In this document: in pieces, positions 1-7,878 of the stretch
How the letters are laid out: each line of letters starts with the position of its first letter
Position numbering within the stretch: position 1 is the first letter of the stretch
IMG/VR virus record: IMGVR_UViG_3300034120_000663
Length of the DNA stretch: 64,000 nucleotides
Strand: one strand, 5' to 3'
DNA from: an uncultured virus (IMG/VR IMGVR_UViG_3300034120_000663)
Lineage: Duplodnaviria; Heunggongvirae; Uroviricota; Caudoviricetes
Made by a program: the position numbers and the translations under genes
The notes under the pieces: generated by a model
The model's database searches: none
What the model saw: the letters and a program-made list of their open reading frames with translations, nothing else
What the model was told of the DNA's origin: nothing

Positions 1-223
1 CACCCAGGCGGCTCACCGTGTCCTTCGACACGACGATGCCCTGGTTCTTCGCCTCGTCAGCGATGGAGCGGAGCGAGACCTTGCTGCCCAGGGCAGCGTG
101 GGTGGTGATGGCGGCGTTGGTCAGTGCATCGGCGGCACTGACACGGGCACCGGCAAGTGCCTCGTCGGCACGGTCGGCGGCGATGATGGCGGCGATGACA
201 GCGGCAGCAGTGTTGGTGTGCAT
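1..223 (-). CDS. Putative HTH DNA-binding protein (runs off window start; not in ORF track)
   Basis: ATG at 223 preceded by AGGGAGAACCAACCGCC; open frame MHTNTAAAVIAAIIAADRADEALAGARVSAADALTNAAITTHAALGSKVSLRSIADEAKNQGIVVSKDTVSRLG; the SLRSIA...VSKDTVSR segment is HTH-like. Confidence 0.65.
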   Translation of the reverse strand, partial: MHTNTAAAVIAAIIAADRADEALAGARVSAADALTNAAITTHAALGSKVSLRSIADEAKNQGIVVSKDTVSRLG

Positions 224-349
224 GGCGGTTGGTTCTCCCTAGTGGTGAGTGATGGAGCGAGATGCTCCCCGGTACAGCCATTGCTGGCTGCACTGGGCAA
301 CCCCTCGCAGGGTTGCGGCGCACGAACCGTGGTGTCCATCCCACGTTGA

Positions 350-720
350 ATCCCCCGGCCTCATGTCAGCGGTTCGGTGATTCGTGCGCCCGTCTGTCTC
401 ATCGTGAGACAGGCAGCAGGGGGACTCTCTCCCCCGTCACCGTCGTTCCCAGGAGCGAGCCTCCCCCCGTGACGGTGCCATAGCCTGGTTCGCAGAGGAT
501 GCAATCCCCGTGGGCAGCACAACCCAGCGGCTTGGCCGGGTTGCCAGGAAGTCCACGCTTGACCCCATCGGAGGGGGAGCGTGGGCCTGGCGGCTGCTTG
601 ACGTACAGCAGGCGGTTCTTCAGTTTCAAAGGAGCAGGGCCGGTGGCCCGGTGGGCGGTATGCGGCCCGACCAGAACCGTAGTCCCTGGTGGTGTCGAAC
701 GGTAATCAGGGGGCTGATTT
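350..720 (+). ncRNA. Candidate large structured RNA (unknown family)
   Basis: Consecutive stems 392-401/405-414, 419-424/430-435, 438-444/471-477, 543-548/586-591 (inner 551-560/577-586), 613-619/673-679, plus long-range 372-377/695-700; most G-U pairs favour the + strand. Confidence 0.4.
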
Positions 721-723
721 GAC

Positions 724-812
724 GCATATGCACTAGAAACGGCCCAAATCCGTAGTGCATATGCACTAGGAGACTGTCCCCTGAGTAGGGGGTTCTGATG
801 CATATGGACTAG
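724..812. promoter_or_regulatory. Three copies of GCATATG(C/G)ACTAG, operator-like
   Basis: Copies at 724-736, 757-769 (inside the perfect palindrome TAGTGCATATGCACTA, 753-768) and 800-812. Confidence 0.55.
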
Positions 813-1032
813 ATGCCTGTCCCCTCGTCAGGGGACTATGGGTGCCGGATTCCGCCCGGTCAGGCCGAAGGCCTCAGTACAGGGAGAGAGAGAGGGAGGG
901 AGGGGGTACTGCTCGGCATGGATGGGTGCTGCTCGGCACCGCTCGGCACTTGCTACCCAGCACGGCCGTAGGCCCGGCAGCAAGTGCACACAGCGGCCGT
1001 AGGCCCGTGGGGCTGCACTCACCACGCACAAC

Positions 1033-1576
1033 GTGACGCTCGTCACACCGTAGGCCCATTCGACGGGCCATGTGACGATCGACACACCGTGTGACGCCCG
1101 ACACATGCCATGTGACGTTCGTCACACCTGCGAGAAGGCCGCTCTGTGGGCCTCTGATCGAAGCACCCCCTCTTGCGCCCCCGTCATACCAATCGATAGG
1201 AGATCGGCCCTTAGAAACGATCCTCACAGGCTGTGGATTTCGGCCAAATATGCCCATCTACCAGGGCGTTTCCTTGTGGATAAGGGGTCGAATCTGTTTC
1301 GCACAATCCACAGGCTTATCCACAACTTATCCCCAGACATGTCGGTAGGTACATGGCGTGACGTTCGTCACATGCGCTCGTTCCCCCACTCGGGGGACAC
1401 CCCCACCCTTAAACGGCCTCGCCGTGGCGGAGGCGTGGCAGGGGCCACTCGCTACCGACCATTGCCTACACCAATAGGCCCATTCCAATGTGACGTTCGA
1501 CACGCCCTACCCCCCCCCTACTTGATGTGACGTTCGACACACGCACGTCCGATAGGCCCATCCTGACGCACGACAC
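1033..1576. promoter_or_regulatory. Cluster of GTGACG-N2-CG(T/A)CAC palindromes (CRP/FNR-family box type TGTGA-N6-TCACA)
   Basis: Copies at 1033, 1072, 1091, 1112, 1358, 1490, 1527 and a degenerate one at 1563. Confidence 0.7.
1232..1335. promoter_or_regulatory. DnaA-box cluster
   Basis: Perfect TGTGGATAA 1275-1283 and TTATCCACA 1316-1324; TTATCCCCA 1327-1335; two-mismatch boxes at 1232-1240 and 1304-1312. Confidence 0.6.
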
Positions 1577-1604
1577 CGCTTATCAACACGGATAGACTCT
1601 CTAT

Positions 1605-2378
1605 ATGCGGTATTACATCCAGCGACCTGCAAACTCATACGGCTCGGTTGACGTGCACGTACTGAGCGATAAGCGCACTACGGAAACGATTGACACGTGG
1701 GACGGACCAGAAGTAGCGGATGTTGCTGCTACTGGCAACGTGAGGGTAAGTTCACCTCGGGAAGAGCCGAACTTCAACACGGTGCAGCGTCCTGTGCTTA
1801 ATGCACGGGGAGAGTTTGAGTACCAAGACAATGGTCTCGTCAAACGGGAAAGCGTGTACAGATCAACGAAGGAGTGGGGTAACCCAACTGAACTGTTCAC
1901 GCACCACTCACCAGTGGTGCAAGAGGCATTCGTCGATCCCTCGCTGCGCCATGCACTACCCACGATGGTCGGTATGGCTATGAATGCAATGGGAGCAGGC
2001 GGTGACACTCCTGTGGCGGCAAATGACCTATCCAAGTGGTCAAGTACCTTGTCTAGGAAGGCCGCTAAGCGTGGACTGACAAAGGGCCACCCAGAGAACG
2101 TGAACATGAGCGTTACGAACAGCATCGACATGTATCCAAGGCATGAGCGCATGTACCACACCAACGATGCTGGTGAGCGCATTCCTACCTTCCAGGTAGA
2201 CGGTGCTAAAGAGGCAACTCCAGAAGAGGTGTCGGCTGCTCGTTCTTGGGTAAAGAGCCGTGTGAAAGGCAAACGAGGAGAGCAATTTAAGGACGTTGAG
2301 GACGGTCTATCGGTTTCTCAGCGTGAATGGCAGGCACAACGTATCAACCCAGGCCCAGGTCAGGAGTCACTGTTCTAA
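1605..2378 (+). CDS. Hypothetical protein, degenerate GNAT-like; paralog of 2851-3612; C-terminal QESLF
   Basis: 257 aa; shares ELFTH..PV..A..DP.LRH..PTMVG.AM...SSTLSR.A..RGL with the paralog; probably leaderless (TAGACT 1593-1598). Confidence 0.75.
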   Translation: MRYYIQRPANSYGSVDVHVLSDKRTTETIDTWDGPEVADVAATGNVRVSSPREEPNFNTVQRPVLNARGEFEYQDNGLVKRESVYRSTKEWGNPTELFTHHSPVVQEAFVDPSLRHALPTMVGMAMNAMGAGGDTPVAANDLSKWSSTLSRKAAKRGLTKGHPENVNMSVTNSIDMYPRHERMYHTNDAGERIPTFQVDGAKEATPEEVSAARSWVKSRVKGKRGEQFKDVEDGLSVSQREWQAQRINPGPGQESLF

Positions 2379-2851
2379 TGACTCTTGGACCGCAATTTCA
2401 ACCGTTTGGTGACATACGTGACGACGATCCAAATGTCCGCAAGTACACCCCTGAAGGAAGCAAACGGAGTTTTGAACTCCGCCATGAATACGGGTCAGTA
2501 GTCTCTCGTCAGATCGGGAAACCGGACGACATTCTTCCTGGTGGAAGGGCTGTGAAACGAGTTTCTGGAATACTTGGCACGTGGGGGGATAATGACAGTA
2601 GGGAAGTACTGCACGTTCAGGTGAACACAGGGTTTAGGGGAATGGGTATTGGTGCTGCCATGCTGTCGATGGCGCAAGAGAAGTACCCAAGCCTTTCCCA
2701 CAGTACCCAATTGAGCGCAGAAGGGGCGCGGTTTGCCCACGCAAACCCACTTCCTGGTGATACAGAGAAGACGAAGAAGGCACAAGCAAGGAAGTTGACT
2801 GCCGATGCTGCCACCACAATGCTCGGTGGGCCACGGAGAACGGGATTCTAA
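2378..2851 (+). CDS. GNAT-family acetyltransferase
   Basis: Acetyl-CoA motif A VQVNTGFRGMGIGAAML; start taken at the TAATG overlap at 2378. Confidence 0.75.
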   Translation: MTLGPQFQPFGDIRDDDPNVRKYTPEGSKRSFELRHEYGSVVSRQIGKPDDILPGGRAVKRVSGILGTWGDNDSREVLHVQVNTGFRGMGIGAAMLSMAQEKYPSLSHSTQLSAEGARFAHANPLPGDTEKTKKAQARKLTADAATTMLGGPRRTGF

Positions 2852-3612
2852 TGGCTATTCGATACTTTAGAAACATAAAGGGCGGTGGTTACTCCCTCTT
2901 TAACGGCTCTTCTATTGAAGCAGTTTCTGACAAGCGCCAACCGGATGGATACCCCTACGCAAGAGTAACGCTTGAGCCATCATTTGAGTCACCGAACTTT
3001 GAGCACAAGATCACGTCGCACACTCCTACGGAGACTCTTGTTGAGTCGATCACGAACCCGAACTTCAATCCAAAGAAGGAACTCGTTACCTCTTCCGCTT
3101 ACGGGTATATGAAGGGTAGTGAGGATGAACATCCCAGTGAATTGTTCACTCACGTGCCTCCAGTCATCGATGTTGCCTATTCTGACCCCAAACTACGTCA
3201 CGTAATGCCAACAATGGTCGGAATTGCCATGCATGAACTCGGCGCACAGCACGACGTACCAATGGCGAGCGGAACTCTGTCCCCCTTCTCCTCTACGTTG
3301 TCACGTAATGCGGTAAGTAGAGGGCTTGCAGTGCCCAACTTCTCCAATAGAAACATGGAAACAGGGCAGGACACCTACTCGGAGGATGGAGAAGTGCAGA
3401 AATACGCTGCTCCTAAGCGGGAACACATGCCTGAAATGCGTAAAGAAACTACCGGACCACTGTGGGCTGACGAAAAAGTGCCTGAAGAGCGTGTCAACCA
3501 AGGCAGACAGTGGGTTCGTGACCGCATTTCTGCTTCACGTGGCATTTCTCAGCGGGATAAGCCACAAGTTAACCGTGGTGACAGCCAATTTGAGCAATTA
3601 AAGTTGTTCTGA
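2851..3612 (+). CDS. Hypothetical protein, paralog of 1605-2378; C-terminal QLKLF
   Basis: 253 aa, TAATG-coupled, clear similarity to 1605-2378. Confidence 0.75.
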   Translation: MAIRYFRNIKGGGYSLFNGSSIEAVSDKRQPDGYPYARVTLEPSFESPNFEHKITSHTPTETLVESITNPNFNPKKELVTSSAYGYMKGSEDEHPSELFTHVPPVIDVAYSDPKLRHVMPTMVGIAMHELGAQHDVPMASGTLSPFSSTLSRNAVSRGLAVPNFSNRNMETGQDTYSEDGEVQKYAAPKREHMPEMRKETTGPLWADEKVPEERVNQGRQWVRDRISASRGISQRDKPQVNRGDSQFEQLKLF

Positions 3613-3776
3613 CAGGTGTTACTCGTGCTAGTGAGGGCAGTGAAGTGATACGTGTGGGGAACGTGACGTGGGTGTCGGGAAAAAATCCGGCCTGTAAACA
3701 GTACTTCTACGCTAGGAAAGCGCTAAAGTCGGGCATCAGCCCAGGCAACCGCTGGGAAGACGACCAGCAAGGATAG

Positions 3777-4418
3777 ATGATGAGTTCAACCTCTAAATCA
3801 CACATGTCATCCGGTCAGTTCGCTGAACAACTTCCTATGTTCATGTCTGCGCGTGAGATCCAGTCCCAATTTGCCCCACTGTCTTACGACAAGGTCGATA
3901 AGTATGACAACGGCTGGCGAGAAGAGACAGACGACGAGTTGTGGGATCGCAAACTGGACGAATCTCAGTTGAGCAAGGCTGACTATGAAAGTACGCACCA
4001 CGGTCGGGAGTACTACCGTGTGCTCCAGTCTCAGATGAGCAAAATGCCAAGCAGCCAGTTCAATGTGAGTAGGCGAACCGGTGAAGGCACGTACACGTAC
4101 CAAGACCGAAAAGAAGACGAGCGTGTAGCAGCAGCGGATGAGCACATCAACTCATACGAATCGTCGCTGTACCACCACCTATCTACTGGTGGGGACATTC
4201 CTCCTGTGCACCTTGGTCACGACCCTCTAGAGGCACCTGGGTCAGGTAAGGGCAAGACCGTCCTTGGCGGGCACCACCGCATTGCAGCACTGGCAGAGGC
4301 AGACCCAGATCGTCTGATCGCAGTCCTTCACACCGAAGGTACTGTTCCTCGGGATGCCGGTCACCCAGGTATCTTTGGTGGCCAGCGAAACCCGAAGAAT
4401 CCGTACAAGTACACCTGA
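3777..4418 (+). CDS. ParB/Srx N-terminal-like domain protein
   Basis: PPVHL...VLGGHHRIAAL motif. Confidence 0.6.
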   Translation: MMSSTSKSHMSSGQFAEQLPMFMSAREIQSQFAPLSYDKVDKYDNGWREETDDELWDRKLDESQLSKADYESTHHGREYYRVLQSQMSKMPSSQFNVSRRTGEGTYTYQDRKEDERVAAADEHINSYESSLYHHLSTGGDIPPVHLGHDPLEAPGSGKGKTVLGGHHRIAALAEADPDRLIAVLHTEGTVPRDAGHPGIFGGQRNPKNPYKYT

Positions 4419-4422
4419 TTCC

Positions 4423-4680
4423 GTGGCGGCTTCTGACAACCTAAATCCGTCACAGATGCGTTTGGTGAAGACCAAGAGCATCCCAAACGTAGATGACGAG
4501 CGTCTGACTGATTCGCTGATGCGCATTCATCAGTCTGTCCACACCGCTGAAGGGCTTCACACTTGGGATAAGCCTCGTCGTGGTCTGTACGACCTTGGCA
4601 TGAAGGCGCTTAAGATCAAGAAAGAACTTGATAAGCGCAATGTGTCATCGCCAGTCAATGACTGCAAGTGGTGTTCTTGA
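4423..4680 (+). CDS. Hypothetical protein with C-terminal CxxC
   Basis: GTG start just after the previous stop; MAASDNLNPSQM...DCKWCS. Confidence 0.6.
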   Translation: MAASDNLNPSQMRLVKTKSIPNVDDERLTDSLMRIHQSVHTAEGLHTWDKPRRGLYDLGMKALKIKKELDKRNVSSPVNDCKWCS

Positions 4681-4692
4681 TACTGTAGTGCT

Positions 4693-5445
4693 ATGAGAAA
4701 GCGCCAGTTCATCGATGTGTTCCACGCCAGTCGCTCAAGGACTCCCCCGCACCTGACGGAGCACCCTAGTGGCGACAGCATGTACTCGCCTACTCAGCAG
4801 TTCATTCTCCGCAACACAGATTTCCCTGAGGGCGAGTCAATGGTGTCGAAAGACACCTTTAGTGGCATGTATGGTGGAGGGTTATCCACCACAGCAGACT
4901 ACGTATCATCTGGTTCTGATCGCGCAGAGTTCGCTGACAAGACGATCTTCACTGGAACACCGCACACAGTGGGCGCTATGATACAAGGAGAGCAGGGCAC
5001 CGACGCCGAGGGAGGAAGGAACTACGTACACCACTACAGAGTGCCCACGTCTTCCATTTCTCCTGAAATCTACGCTGACGATGACGCCTACAGAACGCCA
5101 ACCCTTTCATCAGGGGCCACGCCTACTCTCTGGGAAAGCATCCCACTTCGGCGTAGCCAAGTACACAAGATGCAAAAAGTGGTTCAAATGCGAAACAACG
5201 TGGAGGGGCCGGGAGAGATTAGCCACGTTATTCCAAAAGAACACATGGGCAAGTTGGGTATTCAATTCGTAGGAACCAGTGCCACCGCCGATTGGAACAA
5301 GCGCTACGGGTCACAGTCCACAGAACCGTCATCTGACAACCCAGTGAGCGGTACTGGAGATGTCAGAAAAAGTGTTACCGTTTCTGACAACCAGGAAGAG
5401 CCTCGTAGAAAAGAACTGCCTGGGCAACTTCAGTTAGACATCTAA
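4693..5445 (+). CDS. Hypothetical protein, possible ADP-ribosyltransferase-like fold; C-terminal QLQLDI
   Basis: VFHAS...IFTGT...YVHHYRVP...RNNVEG..EISHVI pattern; probably leaderless (TACTGT 4681-4686). Confidence 0.55.
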   Translation: MRKRQFIDVFHASRSRTPPHLTEHPSGDSMYSPTQQFILRNTDFPEGESMVSKDTFSGMYGGGLSTTADYVSSGSDRAEFADKTIFTGTPHTVGAMIQGEQGTDAEGGRNYVHHYRVPTSSISPEIYADDDAYRTPTLSSGATPTLWESIPLRRSQVHKMQKVVQMRNNVEGPGEISHVIPKEHMGKLGIQFVGTSATADWNKRYGSQSTEPSSDNPVSGTGDVRKSVTVSDNQEEPRRKELPGQLQLDI

Positions 5446-5455
5446 GGAGAACAAC

Positions 5456-5734
5456 ATGCCATCAATCGAACGCTCTGGAGAGACATTCTCCGGCTACAAC
5501 AAGCCGAAGCGCACACCAGATCATCCAACGAAGTCGCACGCTGTACTCGCCAAGGAAGGCGATAAAGTAAAGTTGATCCGCTTCGGGCAGCAGGGCGTTT
5601 CTGGTTCCCCAGAGCGCAAGGGCGAGTCAAAGGCTGATGAGAACAGACGTGACTCATTCAAGGCACGTCACGCTAAGAACATCGCCAAGGGCAAGATGTC
5701 CGCAGCCTACTGGGCTAACAAAGAAAAGTGGTAG
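5456..5734 (+). CDS. Small basic conserved phage protein
   Basis: AGGAG RBS; KLIRFGQQG...RRDSFKARH...SAAYWA pattern I recognise from many phages. Confidence 0.75.
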   Translation: MPSIERSGETFSGYNKPKRTPDHPTKSHAVLAKEGDKVKLIRFGQQGVSGSPERKGESKADENRRDSFKARHAKNIAKGKMSAAYWANKEKW

Positions 5735-5746
5735 GAAGGAACTTCT

Positions 5747-6235
5747 GTGGAAGAGTACGACTGGGAAAGCATTGCCCATCTAAGTCAACAGTTTCACCCA
5801 TTCCACAGACCTGCTCGTCTGTACGGAGCAGGTGAGGCCGGGATTGATCGCATCTTTGGGCCTGCTCCTACAGCACCCACTCCGTGGCAGAGCGCCGGGA
5901 AGTCTAAGAAGTACGGACTACTACACCCAGACGAGAAGGATGCGATTGCCTCTGAACTTAGCCGTCAGCCGCCAAGTTTGGTTGAGTTCGACCCTCGTCC
6001 ACTACTAGCGTCTCAGCCGAGCGTGGTACAGCATCATCTTCGGCACTACATGGGGCGAAACTACGATCTAACGGGACAGACCGCTGCTGACCAAGGTAAC
6101 GTTGGCAACAGGTTCCCAGTGATCCTGCACCGCCCGTCTCGTAACCAGAACATCATTCTGTCTGGTCATCACCGAGCGACGGCTGCACTGTTGAAAGGTG
6201 TTCCACTCCGTGCATTACGCGTTGAAGGCCAGTAG
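5747..6235 (+). CDS. ParB/Srx N-terminal-like domain protein
   Basis: LLASQPSV...FPVIL...IILSGHHRATAALL. Confidence 0.65.
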   Translation: MEEYDWESIAHLSQQFHPFHRPARLYGAGEAGIDRIFGPAPTAPTPWQSAGKSKKYGLLHPDEKDAIASELSRQPPSLVEFDPRPLLASQPSVVQHHLRHYMGRNYDLTGQTAADQGNVGNRFPVILHRPSRNQNIILSGHHRATAALLKGVPLRALRVEGQ

Positions 6236-6257
6236 CCCATTTGAGTATGAGAAGACG

Positions 6258-6503
6258 ATGATCTCTGTTACACCACTCCTCCACATCGGTGATACATGCG
6301 GCGAACTGCCGATTGCTGTAGAGACCGACAGTTACAGTGAAGCCGCAGCATTCATGCTGCTTGGACTCACCACGCTGGTGCCCACACCAGAGGTAGCAAT
6401 TGACACGCTAGGCGTGTTCATGTCCCGAGAACGAGCGGAAGAACGGGTACGTTCTATCATTGAGTTCGATTTCCAGGGCTTTCCTTCACCCACTGCACCC
6501 TGA
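6258..6503 (+). CDS. Hypothetical protein
   Basis: Open frame filling the gap in the + strand operon; start uncertain. Confidence 0.5.
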   Translation: MISVTPLLHIGDTCGELPIAVETDSYSEAAAFMLLGLTTLVPTPEVAIDTLGVFMSRERAEERVRSIIEFDFQGFPSPTAP

Positions 6504-6511
6504 CGGCTGCC

Positions 6512-6913
6512 ATGCAGATCAAGGGTTCGGATATTCGTTGGCTTCGCCTTGCCATTCTTCAGGCTGAGCAGGCACCACACGCACAATGGCGTGTTGGCGC
6601 AGTGCTCGTCAGAGGAGGAAGCGTCCTGTCGTCGGGGTTTAATCGCTACAGGAATGACCCATCTCTGGTGGAACTGGACGGGGTCTCCTATCACGCTGAA
6701 GAGGCCGCTATTCGTCGGGCAGGAGATCCAGACGGAGCGACTCTGTACGTTGCGCGCATCAAGAGAGATGGCGATCTAGGCATGGCAAAGCCTTGTCAAA
6801 AGTGCCAGCAGATTATCCTTGACACGGGCGTGCACACTGTTGTGTGGTCAACCTCTGAAGGACTCTCTAAGGAGAGAACGCCTGCGCTCTGTGCAGACCG
6901 TCTTGCCGTGTGA
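6512..6913 (+). CDS. Cytidine/dCMP deaminase-family zinc protein
   Basis: HAEEAAI and KPCQKC zinc-binding motifs. Confidence 0.85.
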   Translation: MQIKGSDIRWLRLAILQAEQAPHAQWRVGAVLVRGGSVLSSGFNRYRNDPSLVELDGVSYHAEEAAIRRAGDPDGATLYVARIKRDGDLGMAKPCQKCQQIILDTGVHTVVWSTSEGLSKERTPALCADRLAV

Positions 6914-6969
6914 TAATTTGCTGGTGTAGAGCCAAGCGCTTCAACTCTGCCGTCGAACAAGGTGAACAC

Positions 6970-7878
6970 ATGAAGGTACTGATCACGGGAAGTAGTGGGT
7001 TCGTTGGAAGTCACTTCCGTAAGAAGTTAGACGACGGAACAAACGACCTGCTGTGTCTAGACGTAAAAGACGGAGTAGTCCTAAAGGAGTTCCTGAACAC
7101 GCAGGATTGCCGTGAGTACTTTAGGGCAAACAACACGCAGTTTGATCTAGTGATCCACTGCGCCGCTGTAGTAGGCGGAAGAACGATGATTGAGAACAGT
7201 CCGTTCTTGCTAGCAGCAGAGGATCTCAGCATCGACGCTGAGATGTGGCGATGGGCCGAGCGCACTAAGCCGAAGTACACTGTGTTCTTCTCCTCATCCG
7301 CCGCCTACCCCATTGCTTTTCAGCGAAGTGAATACAACATCTCTCTGAGAGAGGATCACATCGATCTAGACGCTGTGCGCAACCCAGACTTCACATATGG
7401 ATGGGTTAAGTTGACCGGTGAAATGATGGCCAGGGAGTACAGCAACCTTGGGCTAAAGGTGTTGGTTCTTCGACCTTTCAGTGGATACGGAGAAACACAG
7501 GACATGTGCTACCCGTTCCCTTCGTTTGCCTGGCGGGCAGCAGTTAAAGAGTCACCGTTTGCCATCTGGGGTGATGGCACTCAGGTTCGTGACTGGGTGC
7601 ATATTGACGACATCGTTGATGCAGTTCTGACAATGCACCAGCAGGATGTTGCTGGCTTAGCGGTCAATATCTCTACCGGAGTAGGAACTTCCTTCAACGA
7701 GTTAGCAAGTATGATGATGAAAGAGGCCGGTTACTCTGCTCCCCTTCATCATCTGCTTGACGCACCAAAGGGCGTCATGCACCGCGTTGGGTGCCCTGAT
7801 CGCCTTAACTCTTTCTATACGCCAAGAGTTACCCTTGAGGAGGGCATTAGGCGATGCATCAAACACTTCCTACACTAG
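6970..7878 (+). CDS. NAD-dependent nucleotide-sugar epimerase/dehydratase
   Basis: MKVLITGSSGFVG, SSSAAY, YGWVK, GDGTQVRDWVHIDD. Confidence 0.92.
   Translation: MKVLITGSSGFVGSHFRKKLDDGTNDLLCLDVKDGVVLKEFLNTQDCREYFRANNTQFDLVIHCAAVVGGRTMIENSPFLLAAEDLSIDAEMWRWAERTKPKYTVFFSSSAAYPIAFQRSEYNISLREDHIDLDAVRNPDFTYGWVKLTGEMMAREYSNLGLKVLVLRPFSGYGETQDMCYPFPSFAWRAAVKESPFAIWGDGTQVRDWVHIDDIVDAVLTMHQQDVAGLAVNISTGVGTSFNELASMMMKEAGYSAPLHHLLDAPKGVMHRVGCPDRLNSFYTPRVTLEEGIRRCIKHFLH

Noticed and set aside
18..349. Listed ORFs 18-242, 57-344, 98-349 and 121-339
   Set aside because: Shadows of the minus-strand frame starting at 223, which has the RBS and sensible codon usage.
545..680. RNase P RNA resemblance (AGGAAGTCC ... 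CAGAACC)
   Set aside because: The spacing is too short and the P4 pairing partner is missing.
399..1530. ORFs in the left intergenic region (for example 399-803, 874-1257, 1072-1530)
   Set aside because: Pro/Arg-rich translations that run through repeats and palindromes, with no RBS; the region reads as regulatory DNA.
1033..1576. CRISPR array
   Set aside because: Repeats are only 14-16 bp, irregularly spaced, and no cas genes are present.
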